64,000 bases of DNA from Chthoniobacterales bacterium (lineage in GTDB: Bacteria; Verrucomicrobiota; Verrucomicrobiia; Chthoniobacterales; UBA10450): NCBI GenBank assembly GCA_035257485.1, contig DATEWZ010000092.1, positions 4,399-68,398 on the forward strand, given 5' to 3'. Positions within the stretch are counted from its first letter, which is position 1; every line of letters begins with the position of its first letter. The translations under genes were made by a program, and so were the position numbers. The notes beneath the pieces are model-generated. The model was not told the origin of the DNA. It saw only the letters and a program-made list of their open reading frames with translations, and did not search any database. Positions 19,235 through 26,893 of this stretch are shown one piece after another.

Positions 19235-19887
19235 GACGATGGCTTCGTGTTCTTGACCAGGTTCTCGACCAACTCCGGCAACTTGTCCGGGTTGGTGTTC
19301 TCCGGCGAAACCGCTTCGTCGTTCAGGAAAATTGTCGGCGTCGTTTTCACGCCGATGGCCGTGCCGCGTTGCTGATCTTTGTCGATCTTCTCCAGAACGT
19401 CGGGACTTTCGAGATCGCTTCGAAAACGGCTTAGATCGAGCCCCATCATTCCGGCGTAAGCGTTGAAGAGGGCCTTCGCATCGTTCGAACGGCTCCAAAC
19501 TTCCTGTTCTCTATAGAGCAGGTCGTGCATCTTCCAAAATTTTCCCTGCCTGCCGGCGGCTTCGGCGGCGCAGGCGGCTTCGCGCGCGTGGGCGTGCATC
19601 GGCAACGGAAAATTTCTATAGATGAGACGGAGGTTGTATTTCTTTTGGAGATCGTTGAGCGGCTCGGAAAGCCTTCCGCAGGGCGGGCATTGGAAATCCC
19701 CGAACTCTTCAATGGTGACGGTCGCTTTTTCCGGCCCGAGAACGTGCACGGTGGCGCCCGACGCGTCCTTTTCAGTAATCTTCAGCGGCGTACCGCCGGG
19801 ATGTTTCGTTTTGTAAAAATACGCGGCGCTGCCAAGCGTGATCAGGCCGACTCCGATAACGATGATAAACGGAAGGGCTCGTTTCAT
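19231..19887 (-). CDS. DsbA-family thiol:disulfide oxidoreductase (membrane-anchored)
   Basis: The thioredoxin-fold motif FGDFQCPPCGRL follows an N-terminal TM/signal anchor. Confidence 0.85.
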   Translation of the reverse strand: MKRALPFIIVIGVGLITLGSAAYFYKTKHPGGTPLKITEKDASGATVHVLGPEKATVTIEEFGDFQCPPCGRLSEPLNDLQKKYNLRLIYRNFPLPMHAHAREAACAAEAAGRQGKFWKMHDLLYREQEVWSRSNDAKALFNAYAGMMGLDLSRFRSDLESPDVLEKIDKDQQRGTAIGVKTTPTIFLNDEAVSPENTNPDKLPELVENLVKNTKPSS

Positions 19888-19952
19888 GAAACAGGTCGGA
19901 AGATATAGCTCACGTGTCCCGTCTCATCAACGCGGGTCTGTTTATGTCGATC

Positions 19953-20234
19953 TTACGGTAGGCCGGTGCCCGACTTGGATTGCACAAACGAGATGTCCGA
20001 GCTGTTGATCTGTCCGTTGATGGTGACGTCCTCGCGGAAGTTGCTTCCCGTTACCGGCTGGCCCGATTGCGATTGGGTCTGGGAAATATCGCTCGAGTTG
20101 ACCAGGCGGTTCGCCGTTGTGCGGTTTTCCGCGGGCAAATCGGAAATTGCCATAGTGAGCAGGAAGAGACTGACCAAGAGAAACGGCAGGCCGGTCAGGA
20201 CACGGGCCGCCGAGGTGCGGGAGTTTTTTTTCAT
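19953..20234 (-). CDS. small secreted protein with two dockerin/EF-hand-like repeats
   Basis: Start moved to the internal ATG (MKKNSRTSAARVLTGLPFLLVSLFLLTMA signal/anchor). Internal duplication: LVNSSDISQTQSQSG / QINSSDISFVQSKSG. The longer 157-aa ORF overlaps ribBA. Confidence 0.45.
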   Translation of the reverse strand: MKKNSRTSAARVLTGLPFLLVSLFLLTMAISDLPAENRTTANRLVNSSDISQTQSQSGQPVTGSNFREDVTINGQINSSDISFVQSKSGTGLP

Positions 20235-20356
20235 AGGTAGGTTGAGGCGTCGGTAAATGAGAAATCGGAAAATCTTCGATTTCTGGACGCCGAAGCTCTC
20301 TAGATAATGGGCGAAAGCCCCCTTACCTGATGTTGGCAGGGCGGTTCCTGATTTGA

Positions 20357-21574
20357 TTAGAGCAAGTGACCCAGCTTGGTCTTCTTGGTTGCGAGATACT
20401 TCTCGTTGTGCGGGTTCGATTCGCACCGAATCGGCACCTGCTCAACCATCTCCAGCCCATAACCTTCCAGGCCAACGACTTTCTTGGGATTATTCGTCAG
20501 GAACCGAAATTGTCTGACGCCGAGATCGAAGAGAATTTGCGCGCCCAATCCGTAATCGCGCAGGTCGGCCGGAAGCCCGAGCTTTGTATTGGCTTCAACC
20601 GTGTCGAGTCCTTGCTCCTGCAATTTGTAGGCGTGGATTTTTGCCGCCAGCCCAATCCCACGACCTTCCTGACGCATGTAAACCAGCACGCCGTTGCCTT
20701 CCTCGGAAATTTGGCGCAGCGCCGCATGCAATTGATTCCCGCAATCGCACCGTCGCGAACCGAACACATCGCCGGTGAGACATTCGCTGTGCACCCGCAC
20801 CAGCGTCGGCTTGTCCTTGTCGATCTTACCTTTCACGAGCGCGAGATGATGCATCCCGTCGAGCAGCGATCGATACATGTGCAAATCGAAATCGCCGTAA
20901 TCGGTCGGCAGTTTAATAATCTGCTCCAGCTCGACCAGCTTTTCCCGCTGACGTCGATACGCGATCAAACTTTGGATCGTGCAAATCTTCAGCGCGTGTT
21001 TCTTGCGGAATTCCATCAGCTCCGGCAAACGCGCCATCGTTCCGTCGTCGTGCAAAATTTCACAAAGCACGCCTGCCGGTTGGAGTCCGGCCATGCGCGC
21101 AAGATCGACCGCCGCTTCCGTGTGACCCGCGCGTCGCAACACGCCGCCGTCTTGAGCGCGCAACGGAAAAATGTGGCCGGGCTGCGTGAGATCTTCCGGC
21201 GATGAATGCGGATTCGCGAGCGCGAGAATTGTCGTCGCGCGATCGTAGGCGCTGATGCCCGTCGTCACTCCACGCGCTGCGTCCACCGAAACGGTGAAAT
21301 CGGTCCGCTGCGATTCGCGATTTCGCGTCACCATTCGTCTCAATCCGAGCTGCTCCGCGCGCTCGTTCGAAATCGGAACACAAATCAAACCGCGACCGTG
21401 CATCGCCATGAAGTTCACCGCTTCCGGCGTCACTTTCTCGGCCGCGATCACCAGATCGCCTTCGTTCTCGCGATCGGCGTCGTCAGTCACGATGACAATG
21501 CGGCCCTTGGCGATATCGCTCACGACATCGTCAATCTGGTCGAATTGAAACGTCTCGTTCGCTTTCGTGATCAT
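20357..21574 (-). CDS. ribBA: bifunctional 3,4-dihydroxy-2-butanone-4-phosphate synthase / GTP cyclohydrolase II
   Basis: [11 protein letters not shown] (DHBP synthase) and [18 protein letters not shown] (GCH II zinc site). Confidence 0.95.
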   Translation of the reverse strand: MITKANETFQFDQIDDVVSDIAKGRIVIVTDDADRENEGDLVIAAEKVTPEAVNFMAMHGRGLICVPISNERAEQLGLRRMVTRNRESQRTDFTVSVDAARGVTTGISAYDRATTILALANPHSSPEDLTQPGHIFPLRAQDGGVLRRAGHTEAAVDLARMAGLQPAGVLCEILHDDGTMARLPELMEFRKKHALKICTIQSLIAYRRQREKLVELEQIIKLPTDYGDFDLHMYRSLLDGMHHLALVKGKIDKDKPTLVRVHSECLTGDVFGSRRCDCGNQLHAALRQISEEGNGVLVYMRQEGRGIGLAAKIHAYKLQEQGLDTVEANTKLGLPADLRDYGLGAQILFDLGVRQFRFLTNNPKKVVGLEGYGLEMVEQVPIRCESNPHNEKYLATKKTKLGHLL

Positions 21575-21824
21575 TCAGGGAAGCAATATCTTACCGTTCT
21601 CTCGGAGCGTCAGCAACCGCGGTAATCGATCGCTTCTCTCTTAATCTCAATCAATTTTAGCCGCGAATTACACGAATTCTTGAATCGTAGGGCAGGCGTT
21701 GCTGATCACAAAATCCGACAAGCGATTTCAGCAAGATCAAAGAGACTAGGAATTTGCTCGACCGTCAGCGATCGAAAGGCGTATTGATAGCGGCAAGCAC
21801 TCCCCCGACTGAAATATCTCCCCT

Positions 21825-22574
21825 ATGAAAAAGAACTTTGTCCTCCTCGCGATTGTTCCCTTGTCTCTCGTCGGTTGCGCCTTCGATTCCGAAATGCCCG
21901 ATTATCAGTCTGCAATTCGGAGGCAGGGTTATGTCGCTTATTACCAGCCGGTCGGAAATCCGCGCAATGTGAAGGACTGGGACAAATTCGGGCCGGGAAC
22001 AATTCTGCGCGCCAGTAAAACGCAGGAGTATTATTATCCCGCCAATAAGTTGATCGGACCGGCCGGTGTTCGCGCCGCAATGGAGCGGAAGAACGCATCG
22101 CCGGTCAGTTTGTTCAGCGGCAAACGAGTTTCCGGTTACGACATTGACGGCAAGGGCGGCTGGACTTTGGACGCGGCCAACAAAATCGGAGCGTCTTTGA
22201 ATTTGAAGAGCGTGACGAACGTGGACATTCAATTCGGCAACGCTTGGAAAGCCAATCCGAAAGGCGAGGGGGATTGGCACCGCCTCGTCGCCGCAAAGCA
22301 AGGGAAGTTCGATTCGAATTGCCGCGAATCGTTGCGCAAAGGCAATTTCGTCGTCGTTCAGAATGCGATCTGGACCGACAGCATCCGTTATTACTTCAAA
22401 CAAAACAAAGAAGGCGGCGGCTCGGCCGATTATAAATTATCCGATCAAGAGATCGCCAACTTGAGCGCGAAAGGATACAAAGTGATCGAGGGCGGCGTGC
22501 AGGTCGATCAGCCGCGCTTTATCGCTTTCACCCCGCTACCGGGCGTAGACAACGATCTTGAAGGCGGCCGGTAG
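21825..22574 (+). CDS. beta-rich lipoprotein, possible gasdermin-like pore-forming protein (cassette gene 1)
   Basis: Textbook lipoprotein signal MKKNFVLLAIVPLSLVGC (lipobox LVGC, Cys18). The mature ~230 aa are Gly/Asn/Lys-rich with alternating hydrophobic strands. Segments KGNFVVVQNAIWTDSIRYYF and PRFIAFTPLP, plus a short acidic tail, resemble the gasdermin N-domain layout as I remember it. The fold call is unverified. Confidence 0.7.
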   Translation: MKKNFVLLAIVPLSLVGCAFDSEMPDYQSAIRRQGYVAYYQPVGNPRNVKDWDKFGPGTILRASKTQEYYYPANKLIGPAGVRAAMERKNASPVSLFSGKRVSGYDIDGKGGWTLDAANKIGASLNLKSVTNVDIQFGNAWKANPKGEGDWHRLVAAKQGKFDSNCRESLRKGNFVVVQNAIWTDSIRYYFKQNKEGGGSADYKLSDQEIANLSAKGYKVIEGGVQVDQPRFIAFTPLPGVDNDLEGGR

Positions 22575-22588
22575 AGCGCCGATTTTCT

Positions 22589-23551
22589 ATGCCTCCAGCA
22601 TCTCGCGGAAAACTAAAAGTCACGGTCGATGGACTGAATGTTAGAAAATCAGGTTCGATAAAGGGTGCGATCATCGGTTCGCTTAACCAGGGCGACGTTG
22701 TTGATTGGATCGGCTCCTCCAAAGATTCGAACTGGTACAAAATCAAAACGAATGGACTGACCGGATGGTCGTCGCATCGCTTTTTGTTGCCGATTGCTGC
22801 GCCGGCTGCGCCGCATGCTTACGACGCGATCGTTCAGATGGCTGGCAATTCGGCGATCGCCGGTTACTCCTGGAAAAACCGCGGAACGGCTCCTCGCGGC
22901 TACATCAAAGGGATGGCGCTCGTTTATGCGAGAGTCTATTGCAAACTAAAGGCAGGCGATCCATTCGCGCTCGAAATGGCCAAAGCGAATACCGGGAACG
23001 CGGCAAAAGATGCCCTCGCGTGGTATGCGCAAATTTTCCAAAGCGTCGGCATGAGCAACGAAGCCGACGGTGTAAACACATTGCGACACTTGTTCGTTCT
23101 GCTCATTGGGCTCGGTATGCGTGAAAGCTCGGGCCGATATTGCGAAGGCCGTGACCGGTCGGCCAGCAACACCGGCGCCGACACCGCGGAAGCCGGAATG
23201 TTTCAAGTCAGCTTTGATGCGCGCGTCGCGAGCCCGCTTCTTCCGCAACTTTTTCAGCAATACCTGCCTAAACGCACGAGCGGCTTTGTCGAAGTGTTCC
23301 GGGAAGGCGTTCCCTGCACCGCGAAAGATTGGGAATACTTTGGGACCGGTCCCGGCAGAGATTTTCAACAGCTGTGTAAGGAATGTCCCGCCTTTACCGC
23401 GGAATTCACCGCTGTCGGCTTGCGCAACATTCGCAAACATTGGGGACCAATCATCAATCGTGCCGCTGAGGTTCGGCCGGAGGCGAATCTGATGCTCACG
23501 CAAGTCGAGCACATTGTTGATAGCGCGAACCTTTGTCCGGCGGTGACATAG
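22589..23551 (+). CDS. SH3b-domain plus lysozyme-like (E-S motif) protein, no signal peptide (cassette gene 2)
   Basis: The N-terminal GLNVRKSGSIKGAIIGSLNQGDVVDWIGSSKDSNWYKIKTNGLTGWSSHRFL is a bacterial SH3 domain. The C-terminal domain has GLGMRESSGRYCEGRD...AEAGMFQVS, reminiscent of GH23/GH19-type lysozyme-like catalytic motifs. Confidence 0.7.
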   Translation: MPPASRGKLKVTVDGLNVRKSGSIKGAIIGSLNQGDVVDWIGSSKDSNWYKIKTNGLTGWSSHRFLLPIAAPAAPHAYDAIVQMAGNSAIAGYSWKNRGTAPRGYIKGMALVYARVYCKLKAGDPFALEMAKANTGNAAKDALAWYAQIFQSVGMSNEADGVNTLRHLFVLLIGLGMRESSGRYCEGRDRSASNTGADTAEAGMFQVSFDARVASPLLPQLFQQYLPKRTSGFVEVFREGVPCTAKDWEYFGTGPGRDFQQLCKECPAFTAEFTAVGLRNIRKHWGPIINRAAEVRPEANLMLTQVEHIVDSANLCPAVT

Positions 23552-23587
23552 CCCCCAGCGAACGGCCGACGAAAAGGGATTTCTTCG

Positions 23588-24367
23588 ATGCCTAGGATCA
23601 ACACTCGCTCACAAAAATGGTACGGTTGGTTGCCGGATCTTCCCGACCAGCGCGATTTCGCTTACTCAGTCATCAAACCGCGGATCGCGAAATTGCCGAG
23701 CAAGGTCGATCTCCGGAAAAAATGTCCGCCGATTGAAAATCAGGGCGACATCGGGAGTTGCACCGCGCACGCGCTCGTCGGCGCGCTCGAGTTTCTCGAG
23801 CTCAAGGACGGCGGCAAGTTTGTCGATCTTAGCCGGCTCTTTGTTTACTACAATGAGCGCGCGATCGAAGGAACGATCAAACAGGACAGCGGCGCATTTC
23901 TGCGCGACGGAATCAAATCGCTCGCCAAACAAGGCGTTTGTCCGGAAGCGGATTGGCCGTATCACGCGAGACAGTTTACCAGAAAGCCGGCGGCAAAATG
24001 TTACTCCGCCGCTAAGAAACATGTGATCATTTCCTATCATCGCCTTAGCTCGCTCAATGAAATGCGCACCTGTCTCGCCGACGGATTTCCGTTCGTGTTC
24101 GGCTTCACCGTTTACGCGGGGTTCGAATCGGCCGAGGTCGCGAAGACCGGCGTTCTCAATCTGCCTGTCCCAAAAGAAAAAGTTCAGGGCGGCCACGCCG
24201 TCATGGCCGTTGGTTACGATGACTCAGCGAAGCGATTCATCATCCGCAATTCGTGGGACACCGATTGGGGAATGAAAGGCTATTTCACCATGCCCTACGA
24301 TTATCTCGATCCCGACCACAACCTCGCCGACGACTTCTGGACTATCCGTCTGTGCGAAGACGAATAA
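23588..24367 (+). CDS. papain-family (C1) cysteine peptidase, no signal peptide or prodomain (cassette gene 3)
   Basis: NQGDIGSCTAHA (oxyanion Gln52, Cys58), GGHAVMAVGYD (His203) and IIRNSWDTDWGMKGY (Asn221). N-terminal WLPDLPDQRDFAY as in bacterial C1 peptidases. Confidence 0.9.
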   Translation: MPRINTRSQKWYGWLPDLPDQRDFAYSVIKPRIAKLPSKVDLRKKCPPIENQGDIGSCTAHALVGALEFLELKDGGKFVDLSRLFVYYNERAIEGTIKQDSGAFLRDGIKSLAKQGVCPEADWPYHARQFTRKPAAKCYSAAKKHVIISYHRLSSLNEMRTCLADGFPFVFGFTVYAGFESAEVAKTGVLNLPVPKEKVQGGHAVMAVGYDDSAKRFIIRNSWDTDWGMKGYFTMPYDYLDPDHNLADDFWTIRLCEDE

Positions 24368-24414
24368 CAATTTGTGCTAGACGAAAAACCTTTGCCTAAT
24401 TCTCGTTAGACGTA

Positions 24415-24834
24415 ATGCGCGCACCGATTGTGTTCCGCGGATTACTTTTGCTGCTCGCCATGTTTGAGCTTCTTCTTCTCGTGTTGGCACTACCTCAGCT
24501 TGGCGCCCTCGATACTACTATACCGCATGCCGCTGTTCTTGGAATGGCGATTGCCGTTTGTGTTTTGCTGTTAGTGCCATTGATCGGCTTGTGGTTTTAT
24601 CAGCGGTGGGCGCGAATGGCCTTCCTAGTCATCCTTGTAATCGCTGTTTTGGACAGTTTTCATAGGAGCCGTCTTCATCTCAGCGTTCACCTTCCATTCT
24701 TCTTTGGAGCGATACGCTTTTTGCAACACGGCTTCTACGGTGCAGTCACAGCTATGATGTTTTTACCACCCACCAGCGAGTTGTTTAGCAGGCGGTCTAA
24801 CCAGTCGCTCGAGCCAATGTCTGACCCGCGGTAA
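24415..24834 (+). CDS. small 4-TM membrane protein (cassette gene 4)
   Basis: 139 aa with four hydrophobic helices and a hydrophilic C-tail. No family recognised. Confidence 0.6.
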   Translation: MRAPIVFRGLLLLLAMFELLLLVLALPQLGALDTTIPHAAVLGMAIAVCVLLLVPLIGLWFYQRWARMAFLVILVIAVLDSFHRSRLHLSVHLPFFFGAIRFLQHGFYGAVTAMMFLPPTSELFSRRSNQSLEPMSDPR

Positions 24835-24869
24835 AATTTCCAGATGATGACTTCAACACTGCCCTATGG

Positions 24870-24894
24870 CGGCTGATCTCGGTTCCGTCAGCCG
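24870..24894. terminator. stem-loop between convergent cassette gene 4 and deoA
   Basis: CGGCTGA (24870-24876) pairs with TCAGCCG (24888-24894), with an 11-nt loop. No clear U-tract. Confidence 0.3.
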
Positions 24895-24912
24895 TGGCTC
24901 AGCTTGTTCTCG

Positions 24913-26151
24913 TTAGCCCACTTCGACCGCTTTTTCGAGAAGGGGAGTGATGTTCACGATCGACCGCTCGTTGCGCGCGTGGATCATGAAGAGCGGCTCA
25001 TCAAGATCGACAGCCTCGCCGACTTTTTTGATTTTCGAAAAGCCGACCGCGAAATCAATTGGATCGTCTGTTCTTTGACGACCCGCGCCGAGTTGAACTG
25101 ACGCGCGACCAATCAATTCGGCGTCGATTTTCTTCACCTTGCCCGCAGATTTCGCCTTCCACGGTTCGATGATTATCGCGCGATGTTGCTCGAGAAGTTT
25201 TTCGAGCAGCGTGGCATCGCCATCCTGGGCGTAAACGAGCGAGACAAATTTCTTCCACGCGGTTCCGTCCTTCAGGCGTTTCTCCAGTTGCGCTCGCGGC
25301 GTCTCCGAGACTTTCTCGGCAAGATCGACAATTAACTTGATCAGGTCCGGTGGACCGCCGCCCTGCAAAATTTCTACGCACTCGGCAATCTCGAGCGCGT
25401 TTCCAACGGTGCGCCCGAGCGGCTCGTCCATCGGATTGAGGAGATAGGACGTCTTCACTTTCATCGATTCGCCAACGCTCTTCATAGCGTCGGCCAGCTT
25501 TTGCGCGTCCTCTTTCGTTTTCATGAACGCCCCGCTGCCGAATTTCACATCGAGCACCAGCCGATCGAGATTTTCCGCGAGCTTCTTGCTCATGATGCTC
25601 GCCACGATGAGCGGTTGGGACGGCACGGTGCCGGTCACGTCGCGCAACGCATAAAGCTTTTTGTCGGCCGGACAGATGTCCTCGGTCTGGCCGATCATGA
25701 AGAGGCCGATCTTTTCCAGCTGTTTGAGCGCGCGCTTTTCGTCGAGATGAACGTTGAAACCGGGTATGCTTTCGAGTTTGTCCAACGTTCCGCCGGTAAT
25801 TCCGAGACCACGTCCGGAAATCTTCGGCACCCAGACTTCGTCGCAGGCCAGCAACGGCGCGAGCACAATCGAAACTTTGTCGCCCACGCCGCCCGTCGAG
25901 TGCTTGTCGATCTTTGGTGGCGAATCTTCCGGATATTTCAACACCCGGCCGCTGTGCATCATCGCGTCGGTCAGGTGATACGTTTCCGTGGGGGACATTC
26001 CCTGGAAATAAACCGCCATCGCCAGCGCGCTCATCTGGTAGTCCGGGATCTCGCCGAGCGTGAATTCTTCGACCAGGCTCTTGATTTCCTTGGTCGTCAG
26101 CGGATGGCCGTCCCGCTTTTTCTCGATGAGCGAAGAAACGTGCATTGGCAA
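24913..26151 (-). CDS. deoA: thymidine/pyrimidine-nucleoside phosphorylase
   Basis: IEKKRDGHPLT...DYQMSALAMAVYFQGM...KHSTGGVGDKVS are classic motifs. Confidence 0.93.
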   Translation of the reverse strand: MPMHVSSLIEKKRDGHPLTTKEIKSLVEEFTLGEIPDYQMSALAMAVYFQGMSPTETYHLTDAMMHSGRVLKYPEDSPPKIDKHSTGGVGDKVSIVLAPLLACDEVWVPKISGRGLGITGGTLDKLESIPGFNVHLDEKRALKQLEKIGLFMIGQTEDICPADKKLYALRDVTGTVPSQPLIVASIMSKKLAENLDRLVLDVKFGSGAFMKTKEDAQKLADAMKSVGESMKVKTSYLLNPMDEPLGRTVGNALEIAECVEILQGGGPPDLIKLIVDLAEKVSETPRAQLEKRLKDGTAWKKFVSLVYAQDGDATLLEKLLEQHRAIIIEPWKAKSAGKVKKIDAELIGRASVQLGAGRQRTDDPIDFAVGFSKIKKVGEAVDLDEPLFMIHARNERSIVNITPLLEKAVEVG

Positions 26152-26184
26152 AATGTCAGCGCGAGGCGTGCCAAAACCGGCCGT

Positions 26185-26649
26185 TTATCGCCGCTTTGTT
26201 CCGCTGTACAATCTTTTCGCGAGGTTCACAACATAACTGCGCGAAACGGTCTGCCGCCGGTCGTGCTCCAGGATGTCGATGAAATTTTGAAAAGCGTCGA
26301 GCGCGGCATGCGGCGTCGGCTTTTCCCGCGCGGTATAAAGATGACGCGAGGCGTCAATCGCGCGTTGCATGGCCGTTTTCGAAATGCTAAGCGCCCGGCC
26401 GAGGCGTTCGAGATGCTCCGATTTAAATGCCTTGGGATGGGGGAAACCGTTCTCGTTATGAAGCCAAATCCAAAGCGTGGACTGCGAAACTCGGATTCGG
26501 CGGGCGAGTTCGCGCACCGAAATTCGCCGCCGGTGGCGGGCGGAATCGATCAGTTTCTGAAAAGGGGAATGCGGCGCGCGATAATGAATTAATCGGCCGC
26601 ACGGCGGGACCGGGCGGCGCGATTTCCGCTGGGTAATTAGCCGCGGCAT
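26185..26649 (-). CDS. helix-turn-helix DNA-binding protein
   Basis: ISVRELARRIRVSQSTLWIWL is an HTH-like segment. 154 aa, basic. Confidence 0.55.
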   Translation of the reverse strand: MPRLITQRKSRRPVPPCGRLIHYRAPHSPFQKLIDSARHRRRISVRELARRIRVSQSTLWIWLHNENGFPHPKAFKSEHLERLGRALSISKTAMQRAIDASRHLYTAREKPTPHAALDAFQNFIDILEHDRRQTVSRSYVVNLAKRLYSGTKRR

Positions 26650-26855
26650 TTGCGAGGACGCTTACCCCGTTTTTCAAGGAAAGGCAAGAATCTCATGCGA
26701 AGGTGTCTTTCAGTGAAAGGCGACGCAATATTCGCGCCTGTCATTGTGCCTTTCTAAGAAAAGATATCATATAGGTCTGTAGCGTGGAATTTGTGCTGGT
26801 CGGACTTGGATGTGTGCCGTTGGGAGTCCGTGTGGGTAGGACGGCTGCCCTTAAT

Positions 26856-26873
26856 CGCCCGCAAGTGCGGGCG
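26856..26873. terminator. GC-rich hairpin 20 nt downstream of the ALDH-like gene
   Basis: CGCCCGC AAGT GCGGGCG (7-bp stem). No strong U-tract. Confidence 0.3.
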
Positions 26874-26893
26874 AAAGGCCAGCCCGGCTCGGA

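Noticed and set aside
18773-19498. Long N-terminal extensions in the ORF track (VKOR 241 aa; opcA 389 aa; zwf 540 aa; 31988-33004; 62865-63746; 19953-20426)
   Set aside because: In each case the extension overlaps a neighbouring real gene or an intergenic repeat. An internal start gives a sensible N-terminus (signal peptide, ATGA/GTGA coupling or a canonical family start), so the coordinates were trimmed.
21575-21824. Possible FMN riboswitch in the 250-nt leader of ribBA
   Set aside because: Reading the minus strand, I could not find the conserved RFN core (GGGTGAAATTCC...CCGACGGT...AGTCCGGATG-like segments). A covariance-model scan would be decisive, but by eye it is absent.
21765-22403. 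212-aa minus-strand ORF opposite cassette gene 1
   Set aside because: The plus-strand frame has a perfect lipoprotein signal and protein-like composition. The minus-strand product is Arg-rich with no features.
21825-24834. Prophage lysis cassette (holin / endolysin / spanin) as the explanation for the four-gene cluster
   Set aside because: It is not fully excluded. However, there are no other phage genes, integrase or att-like repeats in the flanks, the lipoprotein is far larger than an o-spanin, and a papain-type protease is not part of canonical lysis cassettes. It is kept as an alternative hypothesis within the main finding.
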